Origin: a virus
Taxonomy: Duplodnaviria > Caudoviricetes
IMG/VR virus record: IMGVR_UViG_3300038321_000147
Span: 1 to 56,448 of that record
Length of the DNA: 56,448 nucleotides
Strand: one strand, 5' to 3'
Each line of letters opens with the position of its first letter. Within the stretch, counting starts at the first letter, position 1. Shown one piece after another: positions 9,800-18,988 of this stretch. The translations under genes and the position numbers were made by a program. A model generated the notes under the pieces. The model had not been told where the DNA came from, did no database searches, and worked only from the letters and a program-made list of their open reading frames with translations.

Positions 9800-10155
9800 C
9801 CCTTTCGACGATTTCTAGTCGTTTGTTACGAAAACGCACAAAAACAATACGTTTGTGTAATTCTCCATATAAAATTTTTATATGTTTTATTATATTATAT
9901 TATACTATAAAATTTCTACAGAAATAATATAGACAAAAGCGTAAAAAGCGTCATTTGTGTCACAGAAATCTTATTTTGGCCACTTTTCTCGAATATATAG
10001 CGTCATTTGGGTCCAAATATTGAGTTTTCGCATGTTTCTGTTATCATTCATAATGATGAAAATGTTACCTTTTTTGTGACGAAAATATTCACGATTTAAC
10101 CAAAGTGTCACAATTCGATGAATTTCTTCAAAAGTGTCACACGAAAGTGTACCAA
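9800..10155. other. putative replication origin (AT-rich tract plus GTGTCACA repeats)
   Basis: AT-rich stretch ~9866-9935; GTGTCACA at 9957, 10105, 10134, partial copies at 10075 (inverted) and 10147; immediately upstream of the replicase. Confidence 0.45.
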
Positions 10156-10525
10156 AAAAGTCTTCCAAACCTAAGTTCCAAATCATGTCCCAGAACACTT
10201 TTACGTAATCCCACTCATCAATATAATGACTTCCAAACAACTGAAACTCGATTCTTTTTGCTATACCAATAAGCACTTCTAAAACCGAAGCACCTCCGAA
10301 ATCTAAGTCACTTTGAATCCCTGTCTCGATCACCCAAAGTTCTCGTAAAGCGATTCCATCATCCCCACGGTCTTCATCATAATTTACTAATGGATAAAAC
10401 TCTATCTCGGACAACAAATATAATAAATCGGAATAGTCCCTATCTTCCATAACATTTACAGAATCGACTAGCCAATCAATATATATCAATCTCTCAACCG
10501 GGTCTCTAGCAAACTCCACGGTCAT
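9971..10525 (-). CDS. hypothetical protein
   Basis: 184 aa ORF with AGGAGG RBS. Confidence 0.75.
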   Translation of the reverse strand: MTVEFARDPVERLIYIDWLVDSVNVMEDRDYSDLLYLLSEIEFYPLVNYDEDRGDDGIALRELWVIETGIQSDLDFGGASVLEVLIGIAKRIEFQLFGSHYIDEWDYVKVFWDMIWNLGLEDFFGTLSCDTFEEIHRIVTLWLNREYFRHKKGNIFIIMNDNRNMRKLNIWTQMTLYIREKWPK

Positions 10526-10565
10526 AAAAATATCCCTCCTTTCAATAAAAATATAGAGAAAGACT

Positions 10566-10898
10566 TTAAAAGTCTTCCCCTAAAAATTCTTTCAATTCTC
10601 TTTTAAATTTCTTTAATTCTTTCATTGTTTTCCAAAATAAATATTTAATTTTAATTCGAATCCATAAATTCCATAATAATCCCACAGGCCATGCCAGTAT
10701 GGAGATTATCATCGTTACAAACATGATTATACTTGATATCCGGTAAACTATCTTTGCATTAAGGTTATATGGTTTATTCTTTTCCATAACTTCTTCAAAT
10801 GCTTCTCGATTAGCATTACCAAAATATTTTACTACATCCGCACATAACAATTGATATACTATCCCTGCCAGATAACCTGCCATAATTATTGTTTTCAT
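10566..10898 (-). CDS. small membrane protein (cassette gene)
   Basis: Two hydrophobic segments; own promoter and hairpin terminator. Confidence 0.7.
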   Translation of the reverse strand: MKTIIMAGYLAGIVYQLLCADVVKYFGNANREAFEEVMEKNKPYNLNAKIVYRISSIIMFVTMIISILAWPVGLLWNLWIRIKIKYLFWKTMKELKKFKRELKEFLGEDF

Positions 10899-10930
10899 TT
10901 GTTCTCCTCCTATAATTTTAAATATTATAT

Positions 10931-10958
10931 TTCTATTATAGGGTTTGATATCTTTGCA
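10931..10958 (-). promoter_or_regulatory. repeated phage promoter, copy 2
   Basis: TGCAAAGATATCAAACCCTATAATAGAA. Confidence 0.7.
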
Positions 10959-10961
10959 CCT

Positions 10962-11111
10962 TTAAATACCCCTACTATTTCTATAGTTTTCCATAGGTGT
11001 TTTATCCAACCAAAGTCTTAGATTGATGCCTAAATAATTCATAAATTTTTGACTTTTACCATAATATTTTAACAACTCTAACATGGTAATCGGATCAAAA
11101 AGTCCACTCAT
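10962..11111 (-). CDS. small hypothetical protein (49 aa, not in ORF track)
   Basis: MSGLFDPITMLELL...; AGGAGG RBS. Confidence 0.5.
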   Translation of the reverse strand: MSGLFDPITMLELLKYYGKSQKFMNYLGINLRLWLDKTPMENYRNSRGI

Positions 11112-11122
11112 TATTATCCCTC

Positions 11123-11938
11123 CTATCTATTATCCATTACACGTTTCTGTCTAGCTAACAACCGATACTCACGCTCTTTAGGTGTTTCAAGGGCGTTAGC
11201 TACACTTCTATTATAGGAATCATCAACACGACAAATCTCATAACCTATCATGAGTGTGTCGTTACGAACCCAAGCCGTGGTCTGCATGGATAGTACATCC
11301 TCGTAATCAAGACCTACTAGCTCCTCCTCCTCTTCCACAATCGAATCGTCTTCTTCACATAAAACCCTATCCTCAGAGTAGTAGAATAACACTTGCTTGT
11401 CATATTCATCAGGTAAATCGCCCCACTCATCGTAGTCGATACAATAGGGTTCACCAGATATTTGATTCTCGTATCTCCTCTTAGCAAACTCTTCAGCTCT
11501 GGCTTCGATTTCAGCTTCGTAGTCTTCGTCAGGTAACTCGTCTTCATATTCAATATCACCCTCTTCTTTTAATTCTGATAAAATATCTTCGAGCGGCGGT
11601 TTGTTATAGTTGAATATAGGACGTCCTTTAGACCTTTCAACCTTATTAATCGGTATAATCTTGTCATCATCGAAGTCGGAACTATTGAAACCTTGTCTTG
11701 TAACCCTTTCAAAGGCTTCACGCACTTCATCTTCAGATATCCCCTCATATTCATTATGGTCAGGTTCGAAGTCTCTACCCATAACTCCAGATTCTTTTAA
11801 CTTTTCATAGTAAAATTCTTGAACCTCTGCTATTTCATCTTGGTATTGTTGTTGTAATTTTTTCTTGGCTAAAATATAACCAGCAGCTACACCACCACCG
11901 AATATACCAAGTCCTAGTAATATATTTTTTAAATTCAT
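11123..11938 (-). CDS. acidic hypothetical protein with N-terminal membrane anchor
   Basis: LLGLGIFGGGVAAGYIL followed by an acidic body. Confidence 0.75.
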   Translation of the reverse strand: MNLKNILLGLGIFGGGVAAGYILAKKKLQQQYQDEIAEVQEFYYEKLKESGVMGRDFEPDHNEYEGISEDEVREAFERVTRQGFNSSDFDDDKIIPINKVERSKGRPIFNYNKPPLEDILSELKEEGDIEYEDELPDEDYEAEIEARAEEFAKRRYENQISGEPYCIDYDEWGDLPDEYDKQVLFYYSEDRVLCEEDDSIVEEEEELVGLDYEDVLSMQTTAWVRNDTLMIGYEICRVDDSYNRSVANALETPKEREYRLLARQKRVMDNR

Positions 11939-12270
11939 CCGAATATTTCCTTTCTAATTTGAATATAATTTTGTTCTTGCTCCCATTCTCTTAAGAATTG
12001 ATAAATTTCACACTTTGACCCACACAGATTACAACTATGGTCGCAAACCCCTTCCGGATGTGTGTCGGGATAATATAAATCCCAAACCATACCATCCCTA
12101 TCCGTTACAGTTCCATACCTCTTAGTTTTTTTCCACTCATCGAGTTTCCAGAGGTCGAAGAACTCATATAAGTTATGCTGTACATTACCGTCGTCATCAA
12201 AGAACCTATTAACCTTTGGATCATACCAAAGTCCGAAACCTCCCTCAGGTGGACTATTAAAAATACTCAT
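11935..12270 (-). CDS. hypothetical protein, paralog of 12875-13105
   Basis: Shared NRFxD...WKLDxWKKT...D(L/F)YY. Confidence 0.7.
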   Translation of the reverse strand: MSIFNSPPEGGFGLWYDPKVNRFFDDDGNVQHNLYEFFDLWKLDEWKKTKRYGTVTDRDGMVWDLYYPDTHPEGVCDHSCNLCGSKCEIYQFLREWEQEQNYIQIRKEIFG

Positions 12271-12592
12271 TCCTATTGCTTTCCATAAAATATATCTTCA
12301 CACCAACTCTCGATGCATATTCTATTTCGTCAACTGTGTCTTTTCCAATATATCCATCCTGATTAACGACAAATATATAATCGGACATGTTAATTTTCTT
12401 CAGATGAGTACCTTTGAAACGCTCTAAAGTTTGATCTGTCACTTCGGCATCGGTCATCACCGGCATTAATACAGTATACCCTTGAGTTATTAAATCGAGC
12501 TCTTTTTCTTTCATTGTTTCGTAAAATTTCATAGACCCACAAATTGTAATTACTTTATTATATTCAATATAATCTTGTCTTCTTGTCCTCAC
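12257..12592 (-). CDS. nucleoside 2-deoxyribosyltransferase-like (flavodoxin-fold) protein
   Basis: ITICGSM, HLKKINMSD, GYIG..TVDEIEYA pattern. Confidence 0.5.
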   Translation of the reverse strand: MRTRRQDYIEYNKVITICGSMKFYETMKEKELDLITQGYTVLMPVMTDAEVTDQTLERFKGTHLKKINMSDYIFVVNQDGYIGKDTVDEIEYASRVGVKIYFMESNRNEYF

Positions 12593-12810
12593 TATTTACT
12601 CCTCCTAAATATCTCTTTTGCAATTACTAGAAGATGTATAACCATTGCCGCATCTTCCGGTGTTTGTGCATTTTTTGCGATTCCTTGAACTCTCTTCTCA
12701 AAACAGTCCCAACACATTGTTTGATTGTATCCAAATTCGCCCCACATTATATAGTTGTTACACTCTGTGCATTTGCTATTTGATATCAATGGACTCATCT
12801 CAACCTCCAA
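12592..12810 (-). CDS. small zinc-finger protein
   Basis: CTEC...CWDC. Confidence 0.55.
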   Translation of the reverse strand: MEVEMSPLISNSKCTECNNYIMWGEFGYNQTMCWDCFEKRVQGIAKNAQTPEDAAMVIHLLVIAKEIFRRSK

Positions 12811-12874
12811 TTAATAATATAACCTATCCATTTGTATTCCGAATCGCTCGTTATGACCAATTAGAATGAGAATA

Positions 12875-13105
12875 TCATCGTCCAAATAGTAAAAATTCTT
12901 CGTCCAAATAGTAAAAATCATATAATTGATCATCCTTACCTCGTATCAACCCATAATCCTGAGTTTTCTTCCATTGGTCAAGTTTCCAAGTATGGAACAT
13001 TCGACTCAAATCATGTATGATACTACACCCTTGGGCATCTACAAAACGATTAATGGAGGGTAAATACAAAAAGGTATGAGTATCGTTACCGTATGGATCT
13101 AACAT
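12875..13105 (-). CDS. hypothetical protein, paralog of 11935-12270
   Basis: GGAGG RBS; shared motifs. Confidence 0.7.
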   Translation of the reverse strand: MLDPYGNDTHTFLYLPSINRFVDAQGCSIIHDLSRMFHTWKLDQWKKTQDYGLIRGKDDQLYDFYYLDEEFLLFGR

Positions 13106-13121
13106 TTAGAATTCCTCCAAA

Positions 13122-13445
13122 TTAAAATTCTTTTAACTCATTAATCCCAAATCCATCAATTCCACAGGCTCCATCATCTGTTGGAGTATACTGCCCATTT
13201 GGATGCTGTGGGTGCATAAATTCAATCATAGCAAAATTAGCTATATCTGCTAAAAATTCTGTATTTCCAGTTTCTTCATATTTTGCTAATCTCTTCTTAA
13301 GGCTACCAATTGCATTAATTGTTTTATGTTTTTTATAGTTATCCTTCAATGGTCCATATTTATAAAATGATACAACCATCATATCCTTCCGTAATTTATC
13401 GAATTTTTCCGAGTATTCTGTTTTTAAAATGTTATCAATTTCCAT
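13122..13445 (-). CDS. conserved phage protein, possibly all-alpha NTP pyrophosphatase-like
   Basis: YKYG...EFLADIANFAMIEF pattern; function inferred. Confidence 0.6.
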   Translation of the reverse strand: MEIDNILKTEYSEKFDKLRKDMMVVSFYKYGPLKDNYKKHKTINAIGSLKKRLAKYEETGNTEFLADIANFAMIEFMHPQHPNGQYTPTDDGACGIDGFGINELKEF

Positions 13446-13643
13446 ACCAAAATTCCTCCTTTAAACTAAAGAAAAGAAGCTATACACCTCTAAACTTTTA
13501 AACCATAAATTTCTTAAATAACAAATCATCATCGGTTCCAAATTTTTCCGCTATCATATTCTCAACTTGATCCACTCTTAAATAACCTTCTTCATTGAGA
13601 ACATTAATTAGCTTCTATTTCTATTTCTCTTAACACTTATCGG

Positions 13644-13670
13644 TTCTATTATAGGGTATGTTTTATTCAT
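13644..13670 (-). promoter_or_regulatory. repeated phage promoter, copy 3
   Basis: ATGAATAAAACATACCCTATAATAGAA. Confidence 0.7.
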
Positions 13671-15046
13671 TAAAACTCCTCCTTCAACCTTTGAACCTCT
13701 AAAAGGACTTTTCTTCCTTTATCGAACTTCTTGGCAAACTCATCTTCTTTTCCTTTTATAAGAGGTGGTCCTAAATATAAACCATCCAAAGGTATCTCTA
13801 ACTTAGTATCAAGATTCACCAAACTTAAAGATAATTTAAAATCCTCAGATGCTTCTTTACCGCCAGTTTCCCAAATATCCTCACCAACACAACCCGCACT
13901 AATAGCCTTTCGAGCGTGAACCGGTCCAAAACCTTCAACACCCTTAATGTTATCTGACTTATCACCTACCAAAGCCTTGTAGACACTATATTTGGCCGCT
14001 GGAATACCACATTCAAGCTCAAAGGCATTACGGTCCAGGAAGAGACCAGGAGCCCTGTAAATCAAAACCCTGTCCCATGCGAGGCATTGTTGTAGATCCC
14101 TATCTCCGGAAAATATCACGACGTCTGTCTTATACTTTAAATGACAGTCACAATTCTCACAAGGAGTTACACACAAACACCTATGACATTTTTCATTTAC
14201 TATACTCGCAATAACATCATCTGCCTCAGCACCGTCGACACTAATAATATCCCAACCTAAGAACCTTATAATATCTTCCAACCCGCTCCTAAATTTTTGG
14301 AATTTATCGTCATTCATAGGCTTTCTATTTCCTTTATAGCCTTCAAAAATATCACAGCGTTTTAATTTTGTTTTGCTCTCACCAGCAAATATCACCTTGA
14401 GAGGAACGCCCCTTTGTTTACTACGCTTTACACATAGACGTAACATATCAAAGAACTTACAATAGGCTACCCAGGCTCTTTTTGACGATATAAACCACGC
14501 CCTATATAATAAATTACTATAATCGACCAATACTAAAGTTTCTTCTGTTCCTTCAACTAAACTTTCTGGTGGTCTAAAATTATTGTTTCTCTTCATCCTA
14601 ACCTTTCCCTTCCTTCCAAATATAACAATCATAGATGGAAATGGAGCTGAATTTACACTATCCCCAAATTTCAATCTCCCTCGAATATAACGAATTTCAA
14701 TATTCTCATGATTGAGGATATAGTCATGAAAACGTTTAGTATCCGTCCTAGCAGGAATTAACATAACTGCCAAATATCCCTTCGCCCCATGCTCATAACA
14801 TTTACGGATCCATTGGTCTTGCATTCCACTGGAATATGGAGGATTACAAAACACCCTTTCGTTATCCCAGTCCTGGATTAGACCATTTTCTTTTTCAGTA
14901 TAATACTTCTCGCATTTAGCTGTTTCGGGTGTACAACAAGGATCCAATGTAAAGTGAAATTCTTCATCGAGCTCGTAAAATAAATCCTGGGGTGTTTCCC
15001 AATCATTCTTACCACTTGAAAATAGTGGATCCAAATTTGTACTCAA
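13670..15046 (-). CDS. DNA N6-adenine methyltransferase fused in frame to a 5'-3' exonuclease (FEN/RNase H-like)
   Basis: N-terminal WETPQ, LDPC, CNPPY, PARTDT; C-terminal VDYSN, EADD, SGDRD, LVGDKSDNIKGVEGFG; internal RBS+ATG at 14596. Confidence 0.8.
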   Translation of the reverse strand: MSTNLDPLFSSGKNDWETPQDLFYELDEEFHFTLDPCCTPETAKCEKYYTEKENGLIQDWDNERVFCNPPYSSGMQDQWIRKCYEHGAKGYLAVMLIPARTDTKRFHDYILNHENIEIRYIRGRLKFGDSVNSAPFPSMIVIFGRKGKVRMKRNNNFRPPESLVEGTEETLVLVDYSNLLYRAWFISSKRAWVAYCKFFDMLRLCVKRSKQRGVPLKVIFAGESKTKLKRCDIFEGYKGNRKPMNDDKFQKFRSGLEDIIRFLGWDIISVDGAEADDVIASIVNEKCHRCLCVTPCENCDCHLKYKTDVVIFSGDRDLQQCLAWDRVLIYRAPGLFLDRNAFELECGIPAAKYSVYKALVGDKSDNIKGVEGFGPVHARKAISAGCVGEDIWETGGKEASEDFKLSLSLVNLDTKLEIPLDGLYLGPPLIKGKEDEFAKKFDKGRKVLLEVQRLKEEF

Positions 15047-15058
15047 AATATCACACCT

Positions 15059-15358
15059 TTACTTGTTTATGAATCTCACATCTAACCCATTCTCTTCTTT
15101 TAATGTTTGAATGATATCATCTAATGACAAATATCCCTTCTCGATGCTATCGAAAGTATCGTTTATACACCAAGCAATTTCTTGCAACTGACCTGTTGTA
15201 AAGTTAAATTTATCCTTTAAACATAATAGCATTACCGCGGAGTAGTTTTCAACCGTACCTGTTACTCCTTTCGTATACCCATCGTTCTTAGCTTTTAAAA
15301 GCTGTTGAAATGTACTACTTTTTTTCTTTGGTTTACTATGGAAGAAATTTTTTTTCAT
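15059..15358 (-). CDS. hypothetical protein
   Basis: 99 aa ORF with AGGGG RBS. Confidence 0.7.
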   Translation of the reverse strand: MKKNFFHSKPKKKSSTFQQLLKAKNDGYTKGVTGTVENYSAVMLLCLKDKFNFTTGQLQEIAWCINDTFDSIEKGYLSLDDIIQTLKEENGLDVRFINK

Positions 15359-15387
15359 ATAACGTCCCCTTTATATTCTATTTTAGT

Positions 15388-15840
15388 TTATTCTTCGTAA
15401 GGAATTTGTTCGACATCTCCACCTCTCACAGTTACTGACTGCATGAGTATCCCTGTTTCAGGATCAATATATAAATCATCCAACATCGCATCCCACTCTT
15501 CAAACTGTCCATCAATCGTTAACTTGTTATTTCTACGCATCATGACAAGGTTCGAATGAACAATTCTTCTCCATTTACGTGCGATTGGTTTTCTGGACTG
15601 GCTTAAAACATTGTACAAGCCTATCTCCGATATCATTCTAACCTGTCTTCTTTGACCTGCAACCTGTAGAACAGTTAGCAGGTGTTCGTCTCGTTCAATT
15701 AATTCTAACATCTGTGACGTTTTTCCAGCCGAATAGTCAATCAATTTAGCAACTTCAGCTGCCCTGAAGAATGGCACATCTAAATCATTGTATACGTCTA
15801 GAATATAACCGTCAAATTTTATCTGACCTACTATTTCCAT
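15388..15840 (-). CDS. BRO-N domain DNA-binding protein
   Basis: PFFRAAEVA...ISEIGLYNVLSQSRKPIARKW. Confidence 0.75.
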   Translation of the reverse strand: MEIVGQIKFDGYILDVYNDLDVPFFRAAEVAKLIDYSAGKTSQMLELIERDEHLLTVLQVAGQRRQVRMISEIGLYNVLSQSRKPIARKWRRIVHSNLVMMRRNNKLTIDGQFEEWDAMLDDLYIDPETGILMQSVTVRGGDVEQIPYEE

Positions 15841-16157
15841 TTATGTTCCTCCATTTTCTTTATTATGTCGATGATCCCTGAAATATCTTTTATTTCCTTA
15901 CCATTTACCTTGTCTGCCCCGCATTTTAGAAAATCGGAAGCTTCTTGACTATCTGTATTATAATAATCTGGTATTAAACCTCCAAGTTTATACACTTCTC
16001 CGCAACGGAAATCAATTCTAGCATTTTCTATACCAATGCTAAGCCAGTTCTTGTTAATTTTTATATTTGAATCTATTTCACTTGATATTGATTCAGCTAA
16101 CTCTTCGAATACCTTACTAACATCAATGGCCTTAGTCCTATATATAACAATAAACAT
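15831..16157 (-). CDS. hypothetical protein
   Basis: 108 aa ORF with AGGAGG RBS. Confidence 0.7.
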   Translation of the reverse strand: MFIVIYRTKAIDVSKVFEELAESISSEIDSNIKINKNWLSIGIENARIDFRCGEVYKLGGLIPDYYNTDSQEASDFLKCGADKVNGKEIKDISGIIDIIKKMEEHKWK

Positions 16158-16188
16158 ATTACCTCCTTTAAAAATATAAAAGGCCTAA

Positions 16189-16314
16189 TTAAAGGCCTTT
16201 ATCGTTATCCTTCGGATCAAAATATATATTAAAACCAAAGTGTCCAGCTAGAAACACAGACGCAACGATAGCTGTATACTTTGCGCATTTGGCAATTAGT
16301 TCGTATTTAGTCAT
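16189..16314 (-). CDS. small membrane peptide (41 aa, not in ORF track)
   Basis: MTKYELIAKCAKYTAIVASVFLAGHFGF...; GAGGTG RBS; hairpin terminator at the stop. Confidence 0.55.
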   Translation of the reverse strand: MTKYELIAKCAKYTAIVASVFLAGHFGFNIYFDPKDNDKGL

Positions 16315-16326
16315 TATTACACCTCT

Positions 16327-16539
16327 CTATTCTTTATATTCCTTTAGGTTTTGATATGATCGAATCATCATTTCCAGGTCGCATTCATCCATAGCCTTAC
16401 GGGCCGCGTTAACATCTTCCTGCATTACCACCGCAGCAATACAACCATGTGAAACAGACGCATATAAGGCAATGAGTCCCTCCACACGTTTTATTTCCTG
16501 AGGTAAAGCTTCTCCTATTGTTAGAACCTTATCATCCAT
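16327..16539 (-). CDS. hypothetical protein
   Basis: 70 aa ORF coupled to the upstream gene. Confidence 0.7.
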   Translation of the reverse strand: MDDKVLTIGEALPQEIKRVEGLIALYASVSHGCIAAVVMQEDVNAARKAMDECDLEMMIRSYQNLKEYKE

Positions 16540-17489
16540 TATTTAAGCTCTCCCCTCGCCACATTTTCATCGAATATTACTCCATCGATGTTGAAATCCA
16601 TTACTATGGCATCGCCATCAACTCCCATTGCCCAGTTTCCATCGATTCCTCTAGGTCTGAATGAAATATAACCATCTCCTCTTTCAGATTTATATCTCCA
16701 TCCACATATCATACCAGCTTCGGTTGGAGGGAATCCAAGTTCCTCATATACTTCATTCATTGTTACAGCACCCTTAACGATTAGTTTATCATTGAAGTCT
16801 TTTTCCTTAGCATTCAAGAACGACAAGTTGTATTCATGAATTGGGCTCCACTGAGTGCTTCCATACCAAGCTCCGGTTTGGTCAGGCTTTTCTTCTTCGA
16901 ATAACCTAGCAAACCCACTCATCTTAACACCTGGTATAAGTTCTTCTTTTTGATTAGTAACCTTTTTCTTCTTGCCATTTTCATCAACTATTGTTTCGGT
17001 TTCTTCTATGGTCTCGGTGCCATACATAAAGTGAGAATCTTTAGCCTCGCCCAGTTCCTTAACCACCCTACCACGATATGTTGTGAATGCCTCTTCGACA
17101 ACCTTATAAGCAGCCATTAAAGCAACGTTTCGCTTAGACATAATATGATGTGCACCAAGAATACACCCAACTGAAGCACCCATAAGCGTTACCGATGGTC
17201 CGTACAATTTAACAAATTCGATAACTGTTTCTGACTTTATGATGAAGCGGTCTTTTTTCGCAATTTCTATTGTGTATTCTACATCGCCAACCTCACCAAT
17301 TTCAAGAGCTTCTTCTACTAAAGCCATTTTTTCCATATGTTCGTCTATCACTTCTTCACATTTTAATGTTGCCTTACAAGCTAAAAAGGTACTTACACCA
17401 ACGCCTGTCAAACCTAATCCTAAAAGGATTTCTGGTGAATATTTCTTTAATACAAATTTTGTTGAGCTTATAAACGCTTTAAATTTCAT
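16539..17489 (-). CDS. DUF6353-like membrane-anchored protein, paralog of 27622-28401
   Basis: SPEILLGLG...ACKAT...RNVALMAAY; family name from recall. Confidence 0.7.
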   Translation of the reverse strand: MKFKAFISSTKFVLKKYSPEILLGLGLTGVGVSTFLACKATLKCEEVIDEHMEKMALVEEALEIGEVGDVEYTIEIAKKDRFIIKSETVIEFVKLYGPSVTLMGASVGCILGAHHIMSKRNVALMAAYKVVEEAFTTYRGRVVKELGEAKDSHFMYGTETIEETETIVDENGKKKKVTNQKEELIPGVKMSGFARLFEEEKPDQTGAWYGSTQWSPIHEYNLSFLNAKEKDFNDKLIVKGAVTMNEVYEELGFPPTEAGMICGWRYKSERGDGYISFRPRGIDGNWAMGVDGDAIVMDFNIDGVIFDENVARGELK

Positions 17490-17587
17490 TATTTATTCCT
17501 CCATTATTTTTTAAAATATAAAAAGAAAGACTCATTGTTTCCAATAAGTCAATCCTTGAAAATATCAAATAGTTTAGTATTTATATT

Positions 17588-17842
17588 CTAAACTTCTTCT
17601 GATTCTGTTAAATCAACTACAGTTGTGTCTTCATCTTCAACATCATATTCATCATCGTAAATATCATCTTTGTCATTTTCTGTTTTACCTTTATTAGCTA
17701 ACAAGGCAGCGCCTCCTACTAATAAACCTAATCCAGCTCCAACTCCGATTAATACTTTCTTCAAATTCTTTGGTGTTTTCATTTCAACATCCTCCTTAGA
17801 TTTTTTAACTTTATCGTTTTTAAATTTTAGTATATTTTTCAT
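17588..17842 (-). CDS. small membrane protein with acidic tail
   Basis: VLIGVGAGLGLLVGGAALL; follows promoter copy 4. Confidence 0.7.
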   Translation of the reverse strand: MKNILKFKNDKVKKSKEDVEMKTPKNLKKVLIGVGAGLGLLVGGAALLANKGKTENDKDDIYDDEYDVEDEDTTVVDLTESEEV

Positions 17843-17866
17843 TACTTTTCCTCCTTCGATTCTTTA

Positions 17867-17894
17867 TCTATTATATAGGAAGATTTTATTGCGA
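17867..17894 (-). promoter_or_regulatory. repeated phage promoter, copy 4
   Basis: TCGCAATAAAATCTTCCTATATAATAGA; identical 28-mer at 18198-18225. Confidence 0.75.
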
Positions 17895-17931
17895 TAAAAG
17901 AAGGGGCTATGTTCGCCACTTCTCAACTACT

Positions 17932-18003
17932 CTATTGGTCCTTCTTTACCTCTTTTATCACTAAGTAAATTATCGCCAATCCAATAATCAATTCAAGCAT
18001 CAT
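17932..18003 (-). CDS. small membrane peptide (23 aa)
   Basis: MMLELIIGLAIIYLVIKEVKKDQ; GAGGAGG RBS; ATGA overlap with the upstream gene. Confidence 0.55.
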   Translation of the reverse strand: MMLELIIGLAIIYLVIKEVKKDQ

Positions 18004-18176
18004 TTCGCCTCCTCTTTATCGATCTTATCTTTTTTAGACTTTCTCTTTGAAACTTCTTCAACCGCACCACTTATCGTCATAAACGCACAAATAGCTACAG
18101 CGATTCCAAACATGGAACCAATCTGTCCTCCTATTAATACGCATAACGCAAATAATCCAAATTCAAATTTTTTCAT
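18000..18176 (-). CDS. small membrane protein (58 aa)
   Basis: MKKFEFGLFALCVLIGG...; AGGAGG RBS after promoter copy 5. Confidence 0.65.
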   Translation of the reverse strand: MKKFEFGLFALCVLIGGQIGSMFGIAVAICAFMTISGAVEEVSKRKSKKDKIDKEEAK

Positions 18177-18196
18177 TGTTAAATCCTCCTATTAAA

Positions 18197-18225
18197 TTCT
18201 ATTATATAGGAAGATTTTATTGCGA
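18197..18225 (-). promoter_or_regulatory. repeated phage promoter, copy 5
   Basis: TCGCAATAAAATCTTCCTATATAATAGAA. Confidence 0.75.
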
Positions 18226-18321
18226 AATTTTCTAGTTTTCTAATATCTGTTCAGAACCATTGGCAAACATCTGTCTTACTTTCAACCCTAAATTTACATC
18301 TTACCATTTCATCATCCTCCT

Positions 18322-18876
18322 TTAATAACCAGAAATATCATCTAAATCCGGTTTATTATTCATTGTCCATATAGCGCACATTAAATTCCATATAAATGCT
18401 CGATTATGTGGTTCATCCTGATCCCCTCGCATCCATTTAATATAATGTCTGAGTCCGCTATCTATAAAACAATGTATAGGTATTCCATTTTTCCAATTAT
18501 TTTCTGAATATTTACGAGCACCATCTTCATAGTGAATCGATACTTCAAGTAGCATTGTCGTGATATCCATATGACTTAATTCACAGAAGAGATATATAGC
18601 ATCAAACAAGTAAGTTTCAGATTTTGTTTTCATGAACGATTCTATAAATCTTAAGATATCACCACGTCTACTCCTTGAACCAGAATTTAGAAGAGTATCT
18701 ACTATTCTATCGTCACCATATAGGTTAACAGTATTATTATAGTTCGGATTATACTCTAATAATTTTGCTGCAACTTCTAATGGGAGTAAATCGCATCTAC
18801 CTTTTCCTTCTGAAATATCACGCATTGCGCCTGTTTCAAATATTTTTCTTTCGCCACTATCTTTTAATTCGGCCAT
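18322..18876 (-). CDS. dATP/dGTP diphosphohydrolase-domain (DUF5664-like) protein
   Basis: GKGRCDLLP, GARKYSENNWKNGIP, SGLRH, DEPH; AGGAG RBS before ATG 18876. Confidence 0.7.
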   Translation of the reverse strand: MAELKDSGERKIFETGAMRDISEGKGRCDLLPLEVAAKLLEYNPNYNNTVNLYGDDRIVDTLLNSGSRSRRGDILRFIESFMKTKSETYLFDAIYLFCELSHMDITTMLLEVSIHYEDGARKYSENNWKNGIPIHCFIDSGLRHYIKWMRGDQDEPHNRAFIWNLMCAIWTMNNKPDLDDISGY

Positions 18877-18988
18877 TCTTATCTCCTCTTTAACCATTTT
18901 TTTAAATTCTATTGGTATAAAAGCTAACTCTTTATCATCCAGAATATAATTCGACATACTATTCACCTTAAACATAAAAGAAAAGAGA

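Noticed and set aside
18232-18313. Short ORF MVRCKFRVESKTDVCQWF after AGGAGG
   Set aside because: Only 18 codons; possibly a remnant, too little evidence to call
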